From positions 1-32,000 of the forward strand of contig JAFRNM010000020.1 of NCBI GenBank assembly GCA_017430135.1: a stretch of DNA of 32,000 bases, in the 5' to 3' direction. Origin of the DNA: Clostridia bacterium. GTDB taxonomy: Bacteria > Bacillota > Clostridia > TANB77 > CAG-508. Position 1 is the first letter of the stretch. Every line of letters begins with the position of its first letter. The position numbers and the translations under genes are program-made. The notes under the pieces are model-generated. The model searched no databases, was not told the DNA's origin, and saw only the letters and a program-made list of their open reading frames with translations. Below are positions 23,468 to 32,000 of the stretch, in pieces.

Positions 23468-25015
23468 ATGTTAGTAAGTAACGCAAGAAATTATAATTGT
23501 GCTTTATATTGTAGGTTATCTAGTGAAGATGAGTTGCAAGATGAAAGCAGAAGTATAACAAATCAAAAAGAATTATTAGAAAGATATGCAAAAGAAAACA
23601 ATCTAAATATTTATGATGTTTATGTAGATGATGGTTATAGTGGAACGAACTTTGAAAGACCAGATTTTCAAAGAATGATAAGAGATATTGAAAATAAAAA
23701 AGTAAATATGGTAATAGTAAAAGATAGTTCAAGACTTGGTAGGGATTATATTCAATTTGGAGAATATATTGAAAAATATTTCCCACAAAATAATGTAAGA
23801 GTAATATCAATATTAGATAACTACGATTCTGAACTTGACAATGGTGTAGCAGATACATTGCCATTTAGAGCTGTAATGAACGATTACTATGCAAAAGACA
23901 CATCAAAAAAAGTAAGAAGCACAAAGCAAAAAAATGCAAAACAAGGCTTGTTCATGGGAAGATATGCACCATTTGGCTATGATAAGTCAGCAGAAGATAA
24001 ACATAAACTTGTTATAAATGAAGAACAAGCAAAAGTAGTAAGAAAAATCTTCAAACTATATTTAGAAGATAATTCTCCACTACAAATATCATATATATTG
24101 ATAAATGAGAAAATTCCAACACCATCACAAATAATGAATATGCAAAAACAGACTACAAAATGGTATCCAGAAGTAATAAGAAGAATATTACAAAATGAAA
24201 TGTATATAGGAAATATGGTGCAATGTAGACAAAGGAAAATCAATTATAAATTGAAAAAAGTAGTAGGTTTGCCAAAGTCTGAATGGATTATTGTAGAAAA
24301 TACCCACGAGCCAATAATAGAAAAAGAAACATTTTATGCAGTTCAGCAAATAATGAAAAGCAAAGAAAAAACAAGAGCAAAATCTGTAAAACTATTATTG
24401 AAAGGTTTGGCAGTATGCAAAGAATGTGGTAAGAAAATGAGTACAACGGTTGATTGTCATGGAAATCATAACAGATATTTGAGATGTACCAGTTATGCAA
24501 CAGCACCACGACAAAGAATTTGCACACCACATATAATGAACTATCAAAACTTGGAAAATGCCATAATAAAGGAACTACAAGAACTTTGTAAACAATATTT
24601 AGATAAAAATGAATTAAAGCAAATAGTAGATAAGGAAAATCAAGAAATAGACAACGAAAACAAGGTTAAAAAAGAAAAAAGTGTTACACAAAAGGCAATA
24701 GATGTATTATCTAATCAAATTGATAAGCTATACGAAGATAAGTTAAAGGGCTTATTAAATGAATTAGATTTTAAAAGGCTTTATGATAAAAAATTGGCTG
24801 AAAGAGAATTGAAACAAAAGTATTTGAAAGAATTAGAAAGTGTTACTTTTGAAAAAAAAACTATTGATTATGAAAAAATTATGTCAGATTTCTTAAAGAA
24901 AGAAAATATAACAAGCTATATGCTTACAAGTTTAATTGATAAAATTGAAATTGATAATGATAAAAATGTAACGGTTTATTATAAATTTAGTCCATTAAGT
25001 AATGTCTTGTCATAA
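23468..25015 (+). CDS. large serine recombinase (integrase/excisionase of the element)
   Basis: 515 aa. Resolvase catalytic domain (ALYCRLSSEDE, VKDSSRLGRD), recombinase domain, Zn-ribbon CKECGKKM...C...C and a coiled-coil C-terminus. SD is GAGGAGG. Confidence 0.95.
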   Translation: MLVSNARNYNCALYCRLSSEDELQDESRSITNQKELLERYAKENNLNIYDVYVDDGYSGTNFERPDFQRMIRDIENKKVNMVIVKDSSRLGRDYIQFGEYIEKYFPQNNVRVISILDNYDSELDNGVADTLPFRAVMNDYYAKDTSKKVRSTKQKNAKQGLFMGRYAPFGYDKSAEDKHKLVINEEQAKVVRKIFKLYLEDNSPLQISYILINEKIPTPSQIMNMQKQTTKWYPEVIRRILQNEMYIGNMVQCRQRKINYKLKKVVGLPKSEWIIVENTHEPIIEKETFYAVQQIMKSKEKTRAKSVKLLLKGLAVCKECGKKMSTTVDCHGNHNRYLRCTSYATAPRQRICTPHIMNYQNLENAIIKELQELCKQYLDKNELKQIVDKENQEIDNENKVKKEKSVTQKAIDVLSNQIDKLYEDKLKGLLNELDFKRLYDKKLAERELKQKYLKELESVTFEKKTIDYEKIMSDFLKKENITSYMLTSLIDKIEIDNDKNVTVYYKFSPLSNVLS

Positions 25016-25052
25016 AAAACTATAAGCGTTTTGCTAATTTTAGCTGGTATAA
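25005..25052. other. attR (P arm - GT core 25028-25029 - B' arm)
   Basis: The P arm TCTTGTCATAAAAAAC (25005-25020) overlaps the recombinase stop codon. The core GT lies 7 nt from the arm. Confidence 0.65.
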
Positions 25053-26059
25053 GCATTTCTGCTATTACAGGAGGAGATAGTTCTATGGACAAGGCTAAGA
25101 AAGCTAAAGATGAAACTGCAATAAAAGCAGAAATGGAAGAATTACAAAAAATAATAAATCAATCTGCTGCTAAAGGTATAAGGCATGGAAATTTCTCGGG
25201 TTCAGCAGATTCACAAACTATTAGAGATGCTTTAAAGAAGAACAAACTTATTGAAGAAAATCCAGATGATGTAATTATTGATGGTCAGAGTCAATTTGAT
25301 GTTACTGGTGCAAAAACAGGGCAAAAATATGCAATAACAAGCAGTGGAGAAGTTATCAGAATTTGCAAAGAAAGAATTGGTGATGCAGTTGGTTATTCTA
25401 CATCTATGAATGAAGTTACACTAGATAACTGGAAAGTTTTTTATAAAGAAATAAAAAATGGCACGGAATATGTTTATTTTATATATGGAGATTATTTTCC
25501 GTATAATGCAGTTTCTTCTATAAGCGAATTGTCAAAAGGAAATAGTGATTATATGATCAAAAGTACAAATAGAGCCAATTTATTGAATGCACTAACAACA
25601 AAATCAAATTGGAAAGATTTATTAAAGGGGGCAATAAATGGCAATTCGATAGATTATAGTAATGTTACAAATGATAATATATATGCTATAGGAAGTCCAA
25701 CAATAGAATTGTGGGTAAATAGTTGGAATAAAAGTTATCCAAGTGATAAAATCTTTATAAGATATGAAGAAAATGTAAAAAATAATAATTATGATGGTTG
25801 GTATGTATCCTTAAATAATCCTGCAAATGCTGGAGCGGCATATTTATCTCAAAAAATAGGTTATTCTAATAAATTATATTATCCATATACAAACAAATTA
25901 GATAGTTGTGAGGGATACTGGTTATCCTCGCCTTCTGTATATAATAATGGGCAAACAGTACAGACACGCTATACAGGAGTTTTGGGATATTACTATGGAG
26001 CTGATGGACCATGTTCAATAAGACCAGTTATATGCTTACCTTCAAGCGTATTAGAATAA
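25030..26059 (+). pseudogene. 3' part of the interrupted pseudopilin-like gene (C-terminal domain ...GYWLSSPS...SIRPVICL)
   Basis: Begins mid-helix (LLILAGISISAITGG) with no SD or ATG. In frame with 13429-13490 once the element is removed. Confidence 0.8.
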
Positions 26060-26065
26060 AAATAA

Positions 26066-26090
26066 AAATGCTTACTTTTAGTAAGCATTT
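26066..26090. terminator. terminator (near-duplicate of 12053-12082)
   Basis: AAATGCTTAC / GTAAGCATTT with loop TTTTA. Lies between the convergent pseudopilin-like gene and pdp. Confidence 0.7.
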
Positions 26091-26109
26091 ATTCTTTTAA
26101 ATTTTTTAA

Positions 26110-27414
26110 TTATTTTATAGTTTGAATTACAGTTCTTCTTTTAATTCTCTTTATATTTAAAAGAACGAAAGAATCTTGAATTTGTTTAATTGCTTCTTCT
26201 ATTTTATTTTCTTGATTTGTATAAATATAAGCAATTGGTTCATCTTTTTTGGCATAATCATTAATTTTTTTATTAATAATAATTCCTGCTTCATAATCAA
26301 TTTTATCAGTTTTATTTATTCTACCTGCTCCTATAAATGAGGAAGTTTTTCCAATTAATTCAGTTTTTATTTTTACAACAGTACCACTTCTTTTTGCGGG
26401 AACTGGTACAATATATTTTGCATTTTTAAATTTGCTCAAATCTTCTATATAAGAAACATCGCCACCTTGTTTTTTTACCAATTCTTTAAACTTTTCAAAT
26501 GCTTTTCCAGATGATATTGTTTCTTTTATTAGTAAATTTGCTTCTTCTTGTGTTGTAGCTTTTCCAGCCATTAATAATATTTGCTCAGCCAAAGCATAAG
26601 TTATTTCTTCTATATCTTTTGGCATATTTCCTTTTAGTGCATTTACAGCTTCAATTATTTCTAATTGATTTCCAACAGCTTTACCAACTGGTTCATCCAT
26701 ATTTGTTAGAACACATCTAACTTCTTTATTTAAATTATCACCAATTTTTACCATTGTTTTAGCTAAAATAATTGCGCTCAAAATATTTTTCATAAATGCA
26801 CCGCTACCACAAGTTAAATCAATAAGAATTTTATTAGCGCCTGCAGCAATTTTTTTACTCATAATACTTGAAGCAATTAAAGGAATACTAGAAACACAGC
26901 TAATAGTGTCCCTAAGAGCATATATTTTTTTGTCTGCTGGAGCCAAATTTAAACTAGAAGTAATTAAGCTGATACCAATATCTTTAACATTTTGTTTAAA
27001 TTCTTCAATACTTAAATCTACTTTATAACCAGGAATTGATTCTAATTTATCTGCGGTTCCACCCGTAAAACCTAGTCCTCTACCGGACATTTTAGCAACA
27101 GGAATTCCAAGCGCGGCAATAATTGGCATTAGAATGATTGTTATTTTATCTCCAACGCCTCCTGTTGAATGCTTATCTATAATAATGTCTGAAATATCAG
27201 ATAAATCAAGAGTTTCACCTGAATTTGCCATGGCCATTGTTAAATCTGAAGTTTCTCTACTATTCATTCCATTTAAATATATTGCCATAATTAATGCTGA
27301 CGCTTGGTAATCAGGAATGTTTCCGGCAGTATATTCTTTTATAAAAAATTCAATTTCATCTTTTGATAATTCTTTTTTGTCTCTTTTCTTTTCAATTATA
27401 TTTAAAATATTCAT
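26110..27414 (-). CDS. pdp: pyrimidine-nucleoside (thymidine) phosphorylase
   Basis: 434 aa. Contains DKHSTGGVGDK, KMSGRGLGFTGGTADKLESIPGY, and N-terminal MNILNIIEKKRDKKELSKDEIEFFI. Confidence 0.9.
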   Translation of the reverse strand: MNILNIIEKKRDKKELSKDEIEFFIKEYTAGNIPDYQASALIMAIYLNGMNSRETSDLTMAMANSGETLDLSDISDIIIDKHSTGGVGDKITIILMPIIAALGIPVAKMSGRGLGFTGGTADKLESIPGYKVDLSIEEFKQNVKDIGISLITSSLNLAPADKKIYALRDTISCVSSIPLIASSIMSKKIAAGANKILIDLTCGSGAFMKNILSAIILAKTMVKIGDNLNKEVRCVLTNMDEPVGKAVGNQLEIIEAVNALKGNMPKDIEEITYALAEQILLMAGKATTQEEANLLIKETISSGKAFEKFKELVKKQGGDVSYIEDLSKFKNAKYIVPVPAKRSGTVVKIKTELIGKTSSFIGAGRINKTDKIDYEAGIIINKKINDYAKKDEPIAYIYTNQENKIEEAIKQIQDSFVLLNIKRIKRRTVIQTIK

Positions 27415-27607
27415 ATAATAATCCTCAATTCTTTAGTAATATTTGTATGTAACAGATATAAAATCAATTATAAATAAATATTATCATAATAGAAAAATGA
27501 AATCAATAATTAATTGATTTTTAAATAAAAATATGATATAAAATTATAAAGGTTATAAACAATTTATGGCAAAAATGTGGAAAAATATTGTAAAAATGGA
27601 GGAGAAA

Positions 27608-28339
27608 ATGGATAGAGTTGCTATTGTTACAGGAGCTTCTAGAGGAATAGGCAGGGAAATTGCAAAAGAACTTGCATATAAAGGAATAAAAGTAATTGCA
27701 AATTATAATAAATCAATAGAAGAAGCTGAAAAATTAAAAAAAGAATTAATGCAAGAAGGAATAGAAATAGATATTTTTATGGCTGATGTTTCAAAAAGAG
27801 AAGAAGGAAAATCATTAGTTGAATTTGCATTAAAAAAATATGGAAAAATAGATATTTTAATAAATAATGCAGGAATTTCGGAATATAAACTTTTTACAGA
27901 TGAAACAGACGAAGATTGGAATAGAGTAATAAATACAAATTTATATTCTGCGTTTATGATGTGCCAAGAAGTAATACCGAATATGGTAAGAAACCAATCA
28001 GGCTGTATTGTAAATATTTCTTCAATTTGGGGCCAAGTTGGAAGTTCGTTAGAAGTAATTTATTCAGTTTCTAAAGCGGGAATGGATGGATTGACAAAGG
28101 CATTGGCTAAGGAATTAGGACCTTCTAATATTAGAGTAAATTCAATTGCACCTGGAATTATAAATACAGATATGAATAAAAATTTAAGTAAAACAGATAT
28201 AGAGCGTATTGAAGAAGATATTCCGCTTGGAAAAATTGGATTACCAAAAGATATAGCAAAATGTGTAGGATGGATGGTAGATGAAAAATATACAACAGGG
28301 CAAATTATTGGAATTAATGGTGGATGGTGTATAAATTAA
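27608..28339 (+). CDS. short-chain dehydrogenase/reductase, FabG-like
   Basis: GGAGG (27598-27602) precedes ATG 27608. Contains TGASRGIG, NNAG, the YSVSK catalytic motif and PGIINTDM. Confidence 0.85.
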   Translation: MDRVAIVTGASRGIGREIAKELAYKGIKVIANYNKSIEEAEKLKKELMQEGIEIDIFMADVSKREEGKSLVEFALKKYGKIDILINNAGISEYKLFTDETDEDWNRVINTNLYSAFMMCQEVIPNMVRNQSGCIVNISSIWGQVGSSLEVIYSVSKAGMDGLTKALAKELGPSNIRVNSIAPGIINTDMNKNLSKTDIERIEEDIPLGKIGLPKDIAKCVGWMVDEKYTTGQIIGINGGWCIN

Positions 28340-28344
28340 ATCAA

Positions 28345-28372
28345 AAAACCGAAAGCTTAAGCTTTCGGTTTT
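28345..28372. terminator. bidirectional terminator (28-nt perfect palindrome)
   Basis: AAAACCGAAAGCTT / AAGCTTTCGGTTTT. Confidence 0.75.
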
Positions 28373-28378
28373 ATATTA

Positions 28379-28849
28379 TTATTGTTCTTGTGTTACTTTT
28401 CTTTTATAATTACCAGAAATTAATTTTGGAAGATATGTAATAATTTTATAAACAGCTAAACGAATTTTTTTGCTCCATAAATATGATTTCCTTAATTTTT
28501 TTGCAGTACCTAAAGATACGGGTTCATCTTCTAAAACTACTAATTCTGTTGACATTTTTTCAATAGGAAAAATGTAGTTTTCAGTATTATTATTATCCCA
28601 ATTATTATTTCCATTTTTGAAACATAAATTAAATGTTTCTCCTTCAAGAAGGTTAATTTCAGCTTGGAAACCTAATTCTGTTTTTTCCATTTGAATTTCA
28701 TTTACATTATCCCAGTTTGTTCCAAAACCATAATGTAAAAAGACTTCTTCAGAACCATCTTGAAAAAACTCACCAGTATATGAGATTTTAACACTACTAT
28801 TTTCAATTAGTTTGTCTGTATTAAAAAATATATTTTTAGTTAATTCCAT
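28379..28849 (-). CDS. CBM25/CBM53-like carbohydrate (starch)-binding module protein
   Basis: FLHYGFGTNWDNV...FNLCFKNGNNNWDNNNTENYIF matches the hyG..W...F.ng..WDNN pattern of starch-binding modules. Basic C-terminal tail. Confidence 0.5.
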   Translation of the reverse strand: MELTKNIFFNTDKLIENSSVKISYTGEFFQDGSEEVFLHYGFGTNWDNVNEIQMEKTELGFQAEINLLEGETFNLCFKNGNNNWDNNNTENYIFPIEKMSTELVVLEDEPVSLGTAKKLRKSYLWSKKIRLAVYKIITYLPKLISGNYKRKVTQEQ

Positions 28850-29068
28850 AACAATTTCTCCCCTAATTTGTCTTTTGCTTACTACATTATAATATTAAAT
28901 TCAACAATGTTCAAGTATTTTATACAATATTTTTTGTTAATTTTATGTTACAAAAATATTACAAATATTACAAAAAATGGAATGCTTGATTTTATGCATA
29001 TTTATGAGAGTAATATCATTAAGTATTTTTGAATAAAATCAAATGATAAAATATTTTAATTAAAAATA

Positions 29069-29097
29069 TTGTCAAAAAAAATACTTTATGGTAAGAT
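29069..29097 (+). promoter_or_regulatory. promoter of the VanW-family gene
   Basis: TTGTCA (29069-29074), 17-nt spacer, TGgTAAGAT extended -10 (29089-29097). It overlaps the track's ATG at 29088, which argues for the ATG at 29133 as the start. Confidence 0.5.
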
Positions 29098-29132
29098 TTA
29101 ATATGAAGATATTTTGTAAAGGGGATTTTATT

Positions 29133-31091
29133 ATGCAAAAACAAGAAGAAGGTGAATTAAGTCAGGATACCAAGGTAATCGAGAAAATTAGAGAAAAATT
29201 AGATTTACCAAAACCTGAAGAGAAAAGTAAAGAGGTTGAAAGCAGTACTCAAGTTGAGAAAAAAGAAGAAGAAAAAACAATAAAAGGTGAAGACGAAAAA
29301 AAGGAAGAAAAGACAGAATTTACAAAAACAACTAAAAACTCTAAAAAAGAAATGAAAAAAATGGATAACACCCCAAAGAAAAAATGGGTAAAACCGGTAA
29401 TAATTTTGCTTATTCTAGCTGTTATTATACTAATATTTTCGACGATTTTTGCAATAATGAATATAAATAGTGACAAAATAATTAGTGGAATTTCAATTAA
29501 CAATATTGAAGTTTCTGGCTTAACAAAAGAAGAAGCAAAAGGCAAATTGGAAGCAATACTTAATGAAAAAATTACCAAAAAAATCATGTTAAAATATCAA
29601 GATTTTGAAACAGAGTTAAGCCCAGAGTTGATTGAAGTAAAATATGATTTAGATAATGCAATTGAAGAAGCTTTTCAAACAGGAAGAAATAGCAATATTT
29701 TTGCCAATAACTATACAATATTATTTACATTAACAGGAAAGAAAAATATAGATATAAATATAAGTATAAATGAAGAAGTGTTAGAAAAAACTCTAACAAC
29801 AGCAGGAGCAAACATACCTGGTGCACTTAAAGAGGCAAGTTATTATATAGAAAATGAAGAACTAAAAATTACAAAAGGAACAAAAGGTATAGCAATAAAT
29901 TATGAAGAAGCAAAAGATAAAATACTAGAAGCGCTAAAAGAGATAAATAGTAATAATAAAAATTTTATTGAATTATCAGTAGTTGAAAAAGAACCAGACA
30001 ATATTGACATTGATAAAATATATGGAGAGGTACATAAAGAAGCAAAAGATGCTTACTATACAAAAGATCCATTCCAAATTTTCCCAGAAGTTGATGGAGT
30101 AGATTTCAGTGTAGAAGAAGCCAAAAAACAATTAGAGGAAGATAAAGAAGAATATATAGTAAAATTAACAATTTCTAAACCAAAAGTTACAGTTGACCAA
30201 ATAGGAACAGAAGCATTTCCGGATAGACTTTCAATATTTACAACAAAATATAATGCAGCAGATACAAATAGAACTACAAACTTGAGATTGGCATGTGAAA
30301 AAATAAATGGAAAAGTTTTAATGCCAGGCGAAACATTCTCATATAATAAAACATTGGGACCAAGAACACCGGCAACAGGTTACAAAAATGCAGCAGTATA
30401 CGAAAATGGGCAAGTGGTTGATGGAATAGGTGGAGGAATTTGCCAAATATCTTCTACATTATACAATGCAGCTTTAATGGCAAACTTGGAAATTACAGAT
30501 AGATCAAACCATCAATTTGTAACATCATATTTACCAGCTGGGCGTGATGCAACAGTAGTTTATGGAGCAATAGATTTTAAATTTAAAAATTCAAGAAGCA
30601 ATCCAATAAAATTATATGCTAGTATAAGTGGCGGGGTTGCGACAGTTTCAATATTTGGAGTAAAGGATGAAAATGATTGTACAGTAACATTTGAAACAAG
30701 AACTCTTGCAACATTACCAGTTACAGTAAAATATGAGGAAGATAGCTCTTTAGCACCAGGTCAAGAAGTAGTTAAACAATCAGGGCACACTGGAGTGCAA
30801 ACAGAAACATATATTATAAAAAGTAAAGATGGAAAAGTAGTTTCAAAATCATTATTATCAAAAGATACATATAGTGCAATGCAAAAAATTATAAGAAGAG
30901 GAACTGCTTCAGCACCGGCACCAAAAACAGAAACACCAGCACCTGCTCCAGCTACTCAAGAAACAGCAAAACCAGATAATACAACACAAGAAACAAAAAA
31001 GGATGAAAAGGCAAAGCCAGCTGCAACAGAAAAAACAACACAATCTAATCAAGAAACAAAAAAAGAAGAAACAGAACAGCCTAAAGTATAA
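29133..31091 (+). CDS. VanW-family protein with N-terminal TM anchor, G5-like domain and low-complexity P/T/E/K tail
   Basis: TM WVKPVIILLILAVIILIFSTIF. VanW core is PGETFSYNKTLGPRT...GYKNA...GGGICQISSTLYNAAL. Also VVKQSGHTGVQTETY (G5-like). Confidence 0.85.
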   Translation: MQKQEEGELSQDTKVIEKIREKLDLPKPEEKSKEVESSTQVEKKEEEKTIKGEDEKKEEKTEFTKTTKNSKKEMKKMDNTPKKKWVKPVIILLILAVIILIFSTIFAIMNINSDKIISGISINNIEVSGLTKEEAKGKLEAILNEKITKKIMLKYQDFETELSPELIEVKYDLDNAIEEAFQTGRNSNIFANNYTILFTLTGKKNIDINISINEEVLEKTLTTAGANIPGALKEASYYIENEELKITKGTKGIAINYEEAKDKILEALKEINSNNKNFIELSVVEKEPDNIDIDKIYGEVHKEAKDAYYTKDPFQIFPEVDGVDFSVEEAKKQLEEDKEEYIVKLTISKPKVTVDQIGTEAFPDRLSIFTTKYNAADTNRTTNLRLACEKINGKVLMPGETFSYNKTLGPRTPATGYKNAAVYENGQVVDGIGGGICQISSTLYNAALMANLEITDRSNHQFVTSYLPAGRDATVVYGAIDFKFKNSRSNPIKLYASISGGVATVSIFGVKDENDCTVTFETRTLATLPVTVKYEEDSSLAPGQEVVKQSGHTGVQTETYIIKSKDGKVVSKSLLSKDTYSAMQKIIRRGTASAPAPKTETPAPAPATQETAKPDNTTQETKKDEKAKPAATEKTTQSNQETKKEETEQPKV

Positions 31092-31094
31092 AAT

Positions 31095-31124
31095 AAAAAG
31101 TCTCGGTTTAACCGAGACTTTTTT
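31095..31124 (+). terminator. rho-independent terminator
   Basis: AAAAAGTCTCGG / CCGAGACTTTTT(T) with a 5-nt loop. Confidence 0.8.
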
Positions 31125-31134
31125 AATACTTCTA

Positions 31135-31162
31135 TTGACAAAATGAGAATTTGTAGTATAAT
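31135..31162 (+). promoter_or_regulatory. promoter of tRNA-Lys(CUU)
   Basis: TTGACA (31135-31140), 16-nt spacer, TATAAT (31157-31162). Confidence 0.65.
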
Positions 31163-31178
31163 AAATAAAGTTTCATAT

Positions 31179-31254
31179 GGGCCATTAGCTCAGCTGGTAG
31201 AGCAGCAGACTCTTAATCTGACGGTCGGAGGTTCGATCCCTCTATGGCTCACCA
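31179..31254 (+). tRNA. tRNA-Lys (anticodon CUU)
   Basis: Acceptor GGGCCAT/ATGGCTC, anticodon loop CTCTTAA, T-loop TTCGATC, encoded CCA. The 27:43 pair is a G-A mismatch. Confidence 0.9.
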
Positions 31255-31304
31255 AATTTAATTTAGTTATGTTTTAAAAAGAAACCAGTAGAATTTTATA
31301 GTAA

Positions 31305-31486
31305 CTTATAAGAGAGATAATGGTTGGTGAGAATTATCAGTATATAAAATTTGAATTACAATTCTTATAATAACTAACGTGTTGCTACGAATAAGCTATA
31401 AATGAGGCAATAATTTTAATTATTGTGAATAAAGGTGGTACAACGGAGTCGATTCGTCCTTTAATTAGGATGGATTGGCTTTTTTG
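31305..31486 (+). promoter_or_regulatory. T-box riboswitch leader (tyrosine specifier) of tyrS
   Basis: Stem I has AGAGAG/GGTGAGA elements. The candidate specifier is TAC (31386-31388), followed by G. T-box core is AATAAAGGTGGTACAACGG (31428-31446). The terminator stem GTCGATTCGTCC/GGATGGATTGGC is followed by TTTTTT (31448-31486). Confidence 0.85.
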
Positions 31487-31589
31487 AATATAGGGGGTGG
31501 TGTTATGACCCATAAAATAAATATTTGCGGGTTATTATATGAGAACCAAATAAAAAAGGAAAAAAATAATTAGAAGGGAAGTAAAGAAA

Positions 31590-32000
31590 ATGGATAATTT
31601 AGAAATAATTAAAAGAAAAGCGGTACAAATATTTTCGGAAGAAGAATTAGAGAAAAAAATTAAAAGTGGAAAAAAATTAACAATAAAATTAGGAGCAGAC
31701 CCATCAAGACCTGATTTACACATTGGTCATAGTGTCGTTTTAAGGGTTTTAAGACAATTTCAAGATATGGGACATGAAGTTGTATTTTTAATAGGTGATT
31801 TTACAGGAATGATAGGAGATCCAACAGGAAAAAGCAAAACAAGACCATCACTTACATTTGAACAAACAAGAAAATCTGCAGAAACATATATGGAACAAGC
31901 TACAAAAATACTAGATAAAAATAAAACAAGGATAGCTTTTAATTCAGAATGGCTATCAAAAATGACATTTGAAGATGTATTAAAATTAGCTGGAAAATAT
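31590..32000 (+). CDS. tyrS: tyrosine--tRNA ligase (N-terminal 137 codons; continues beyond window)
   Basis: Hand translation gives [10 protein letters not shown]...[54 protein letters not shown] (HIGH motif). No stop occurs before the window end. Confidence 0.9.
   Translation, partial: MDNLEIIKRKAVQIFSEEELEKKIKSGKKLTIKLGADPSRPDLHIGHSVVLRVLRQFQDMGHEVVFLIGDFTGMIGDPTGKSKTRPSLTFEQTRKSAETYMEQATKILDKNKTRIAFNSEWLSKMTFEDVLKLAGKY

Larger units (their letters stand above)
13491..25029. mobile_element. integrative mobilizable element (~11.5 kb): large serine recombinase + MobV relaxase/oriT + cargo
   Basis: Splits a host ORF. The recombinase gene abuts the right junction. A symmetric attP can be reconstructed from the two ends. 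A MobV relaxase with a hairpin-rich upstream region is present, and no T4SS genes lie inside. Boundaries are good to about 2 bp, assuming the GT crossover. Confidence 0.8.

Noticed and set aside
22503-24530. Minus-strand ORFs antisense to the HTH gene and the serine recombinase (22503-22823, 22600-22851, 22852-23043, 23520-23864, 23977-24243, 24288-24530).
   Set aside because: The sense-strand genes carry strong family motifs. The antisense products are L/F/Y-rich with no SD.
29088-29132. Track start codon 29088 for the VanW gene, and likewise 27566 (SDR), 16488 (mob), 13714 (DUF1016), 19876 (SLR gene 3) and 548.
   Set aside because: In each case a downstream ATG with a properly spaced GGAGG/AAGGAG SD gives the canonical family N-terminus (for example MSYVIIR for MobV, MDRVAIVTGAS for the SDR). 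The upstream starts overlap promoter or hairpin sequence.
31535-31723. Minus-strand ORF 31535-31723.
   Set aside because: It is antisense to the tyrS 5' end, which has a clear HIGH motif and a T-box leader upstream.
1-32000. CRISPR arrays, rRNA genes and transposase/IS elements.
   Set aside because: I saw no regularly spaced direct repeats of 24-40 nt, no rRNA-like GC-rich long non-coding stretches, and no DDE or IS-type ORFs on either strand.

Overview
Very AT-rich, Firmicutes-type chromosomal segment. Supporting signs are a T-box leader, a DnaD/DnaI pair, tRNAs with encoded CCA and a VanW gene. Housekeeping genes are gyrA, nrdI, a DnaD-domain/DnaI-type loader pair, a tRNA-Lys/Glu/Thr cluster, pdp, a FabG-like SDR, a CBM-like protein, a VanW/G5 protein, tRNA-Lys(CUU) and a T-box-controlled tyrS (3' end outside the window). 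Three accessory parts stand out. (1) 6.6-10.05 kb (- strand) holds an extremely AT-rich, incomplete type IV secretion-like gene set: coupling-protein-like ATPase, VirB2-like, VirB6-like and TcpE-like proteins. No VirB4 or relaxase is present. It contains an odd 50% GC element flanked by inverted repeats. (2) 11.1-13.2 kb, next to tRNA-Thr, holds small accessory genes (Zn-ribbon, membrane, SprT-like). (3) An ~11.5 kb integrative mobilizable element (about 13491-25029) has a large serine recombinase at its right end, a MobV relaxase and a hairpin-rich candidate oriT. It is inserted inside the N-terminal helix-coding region of a pseudopilin-like gene. I could reconstruct a symmetric 48-bp attP and a GT crossover that rebuilds the host ORF in frame. 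The element's cargo includes a DUF1016 nuclease. It also carries a four-gene operon paired with an XRE regulator (Sel1-repeat protein, charged coiled-coil protein, second Sel1-repeat protein, DUF3592-like membrane protein). I cannot assign this operon to any described system, and it is my best candidate for something new. All functional calls rest on motifs read by eye. No searches were run.
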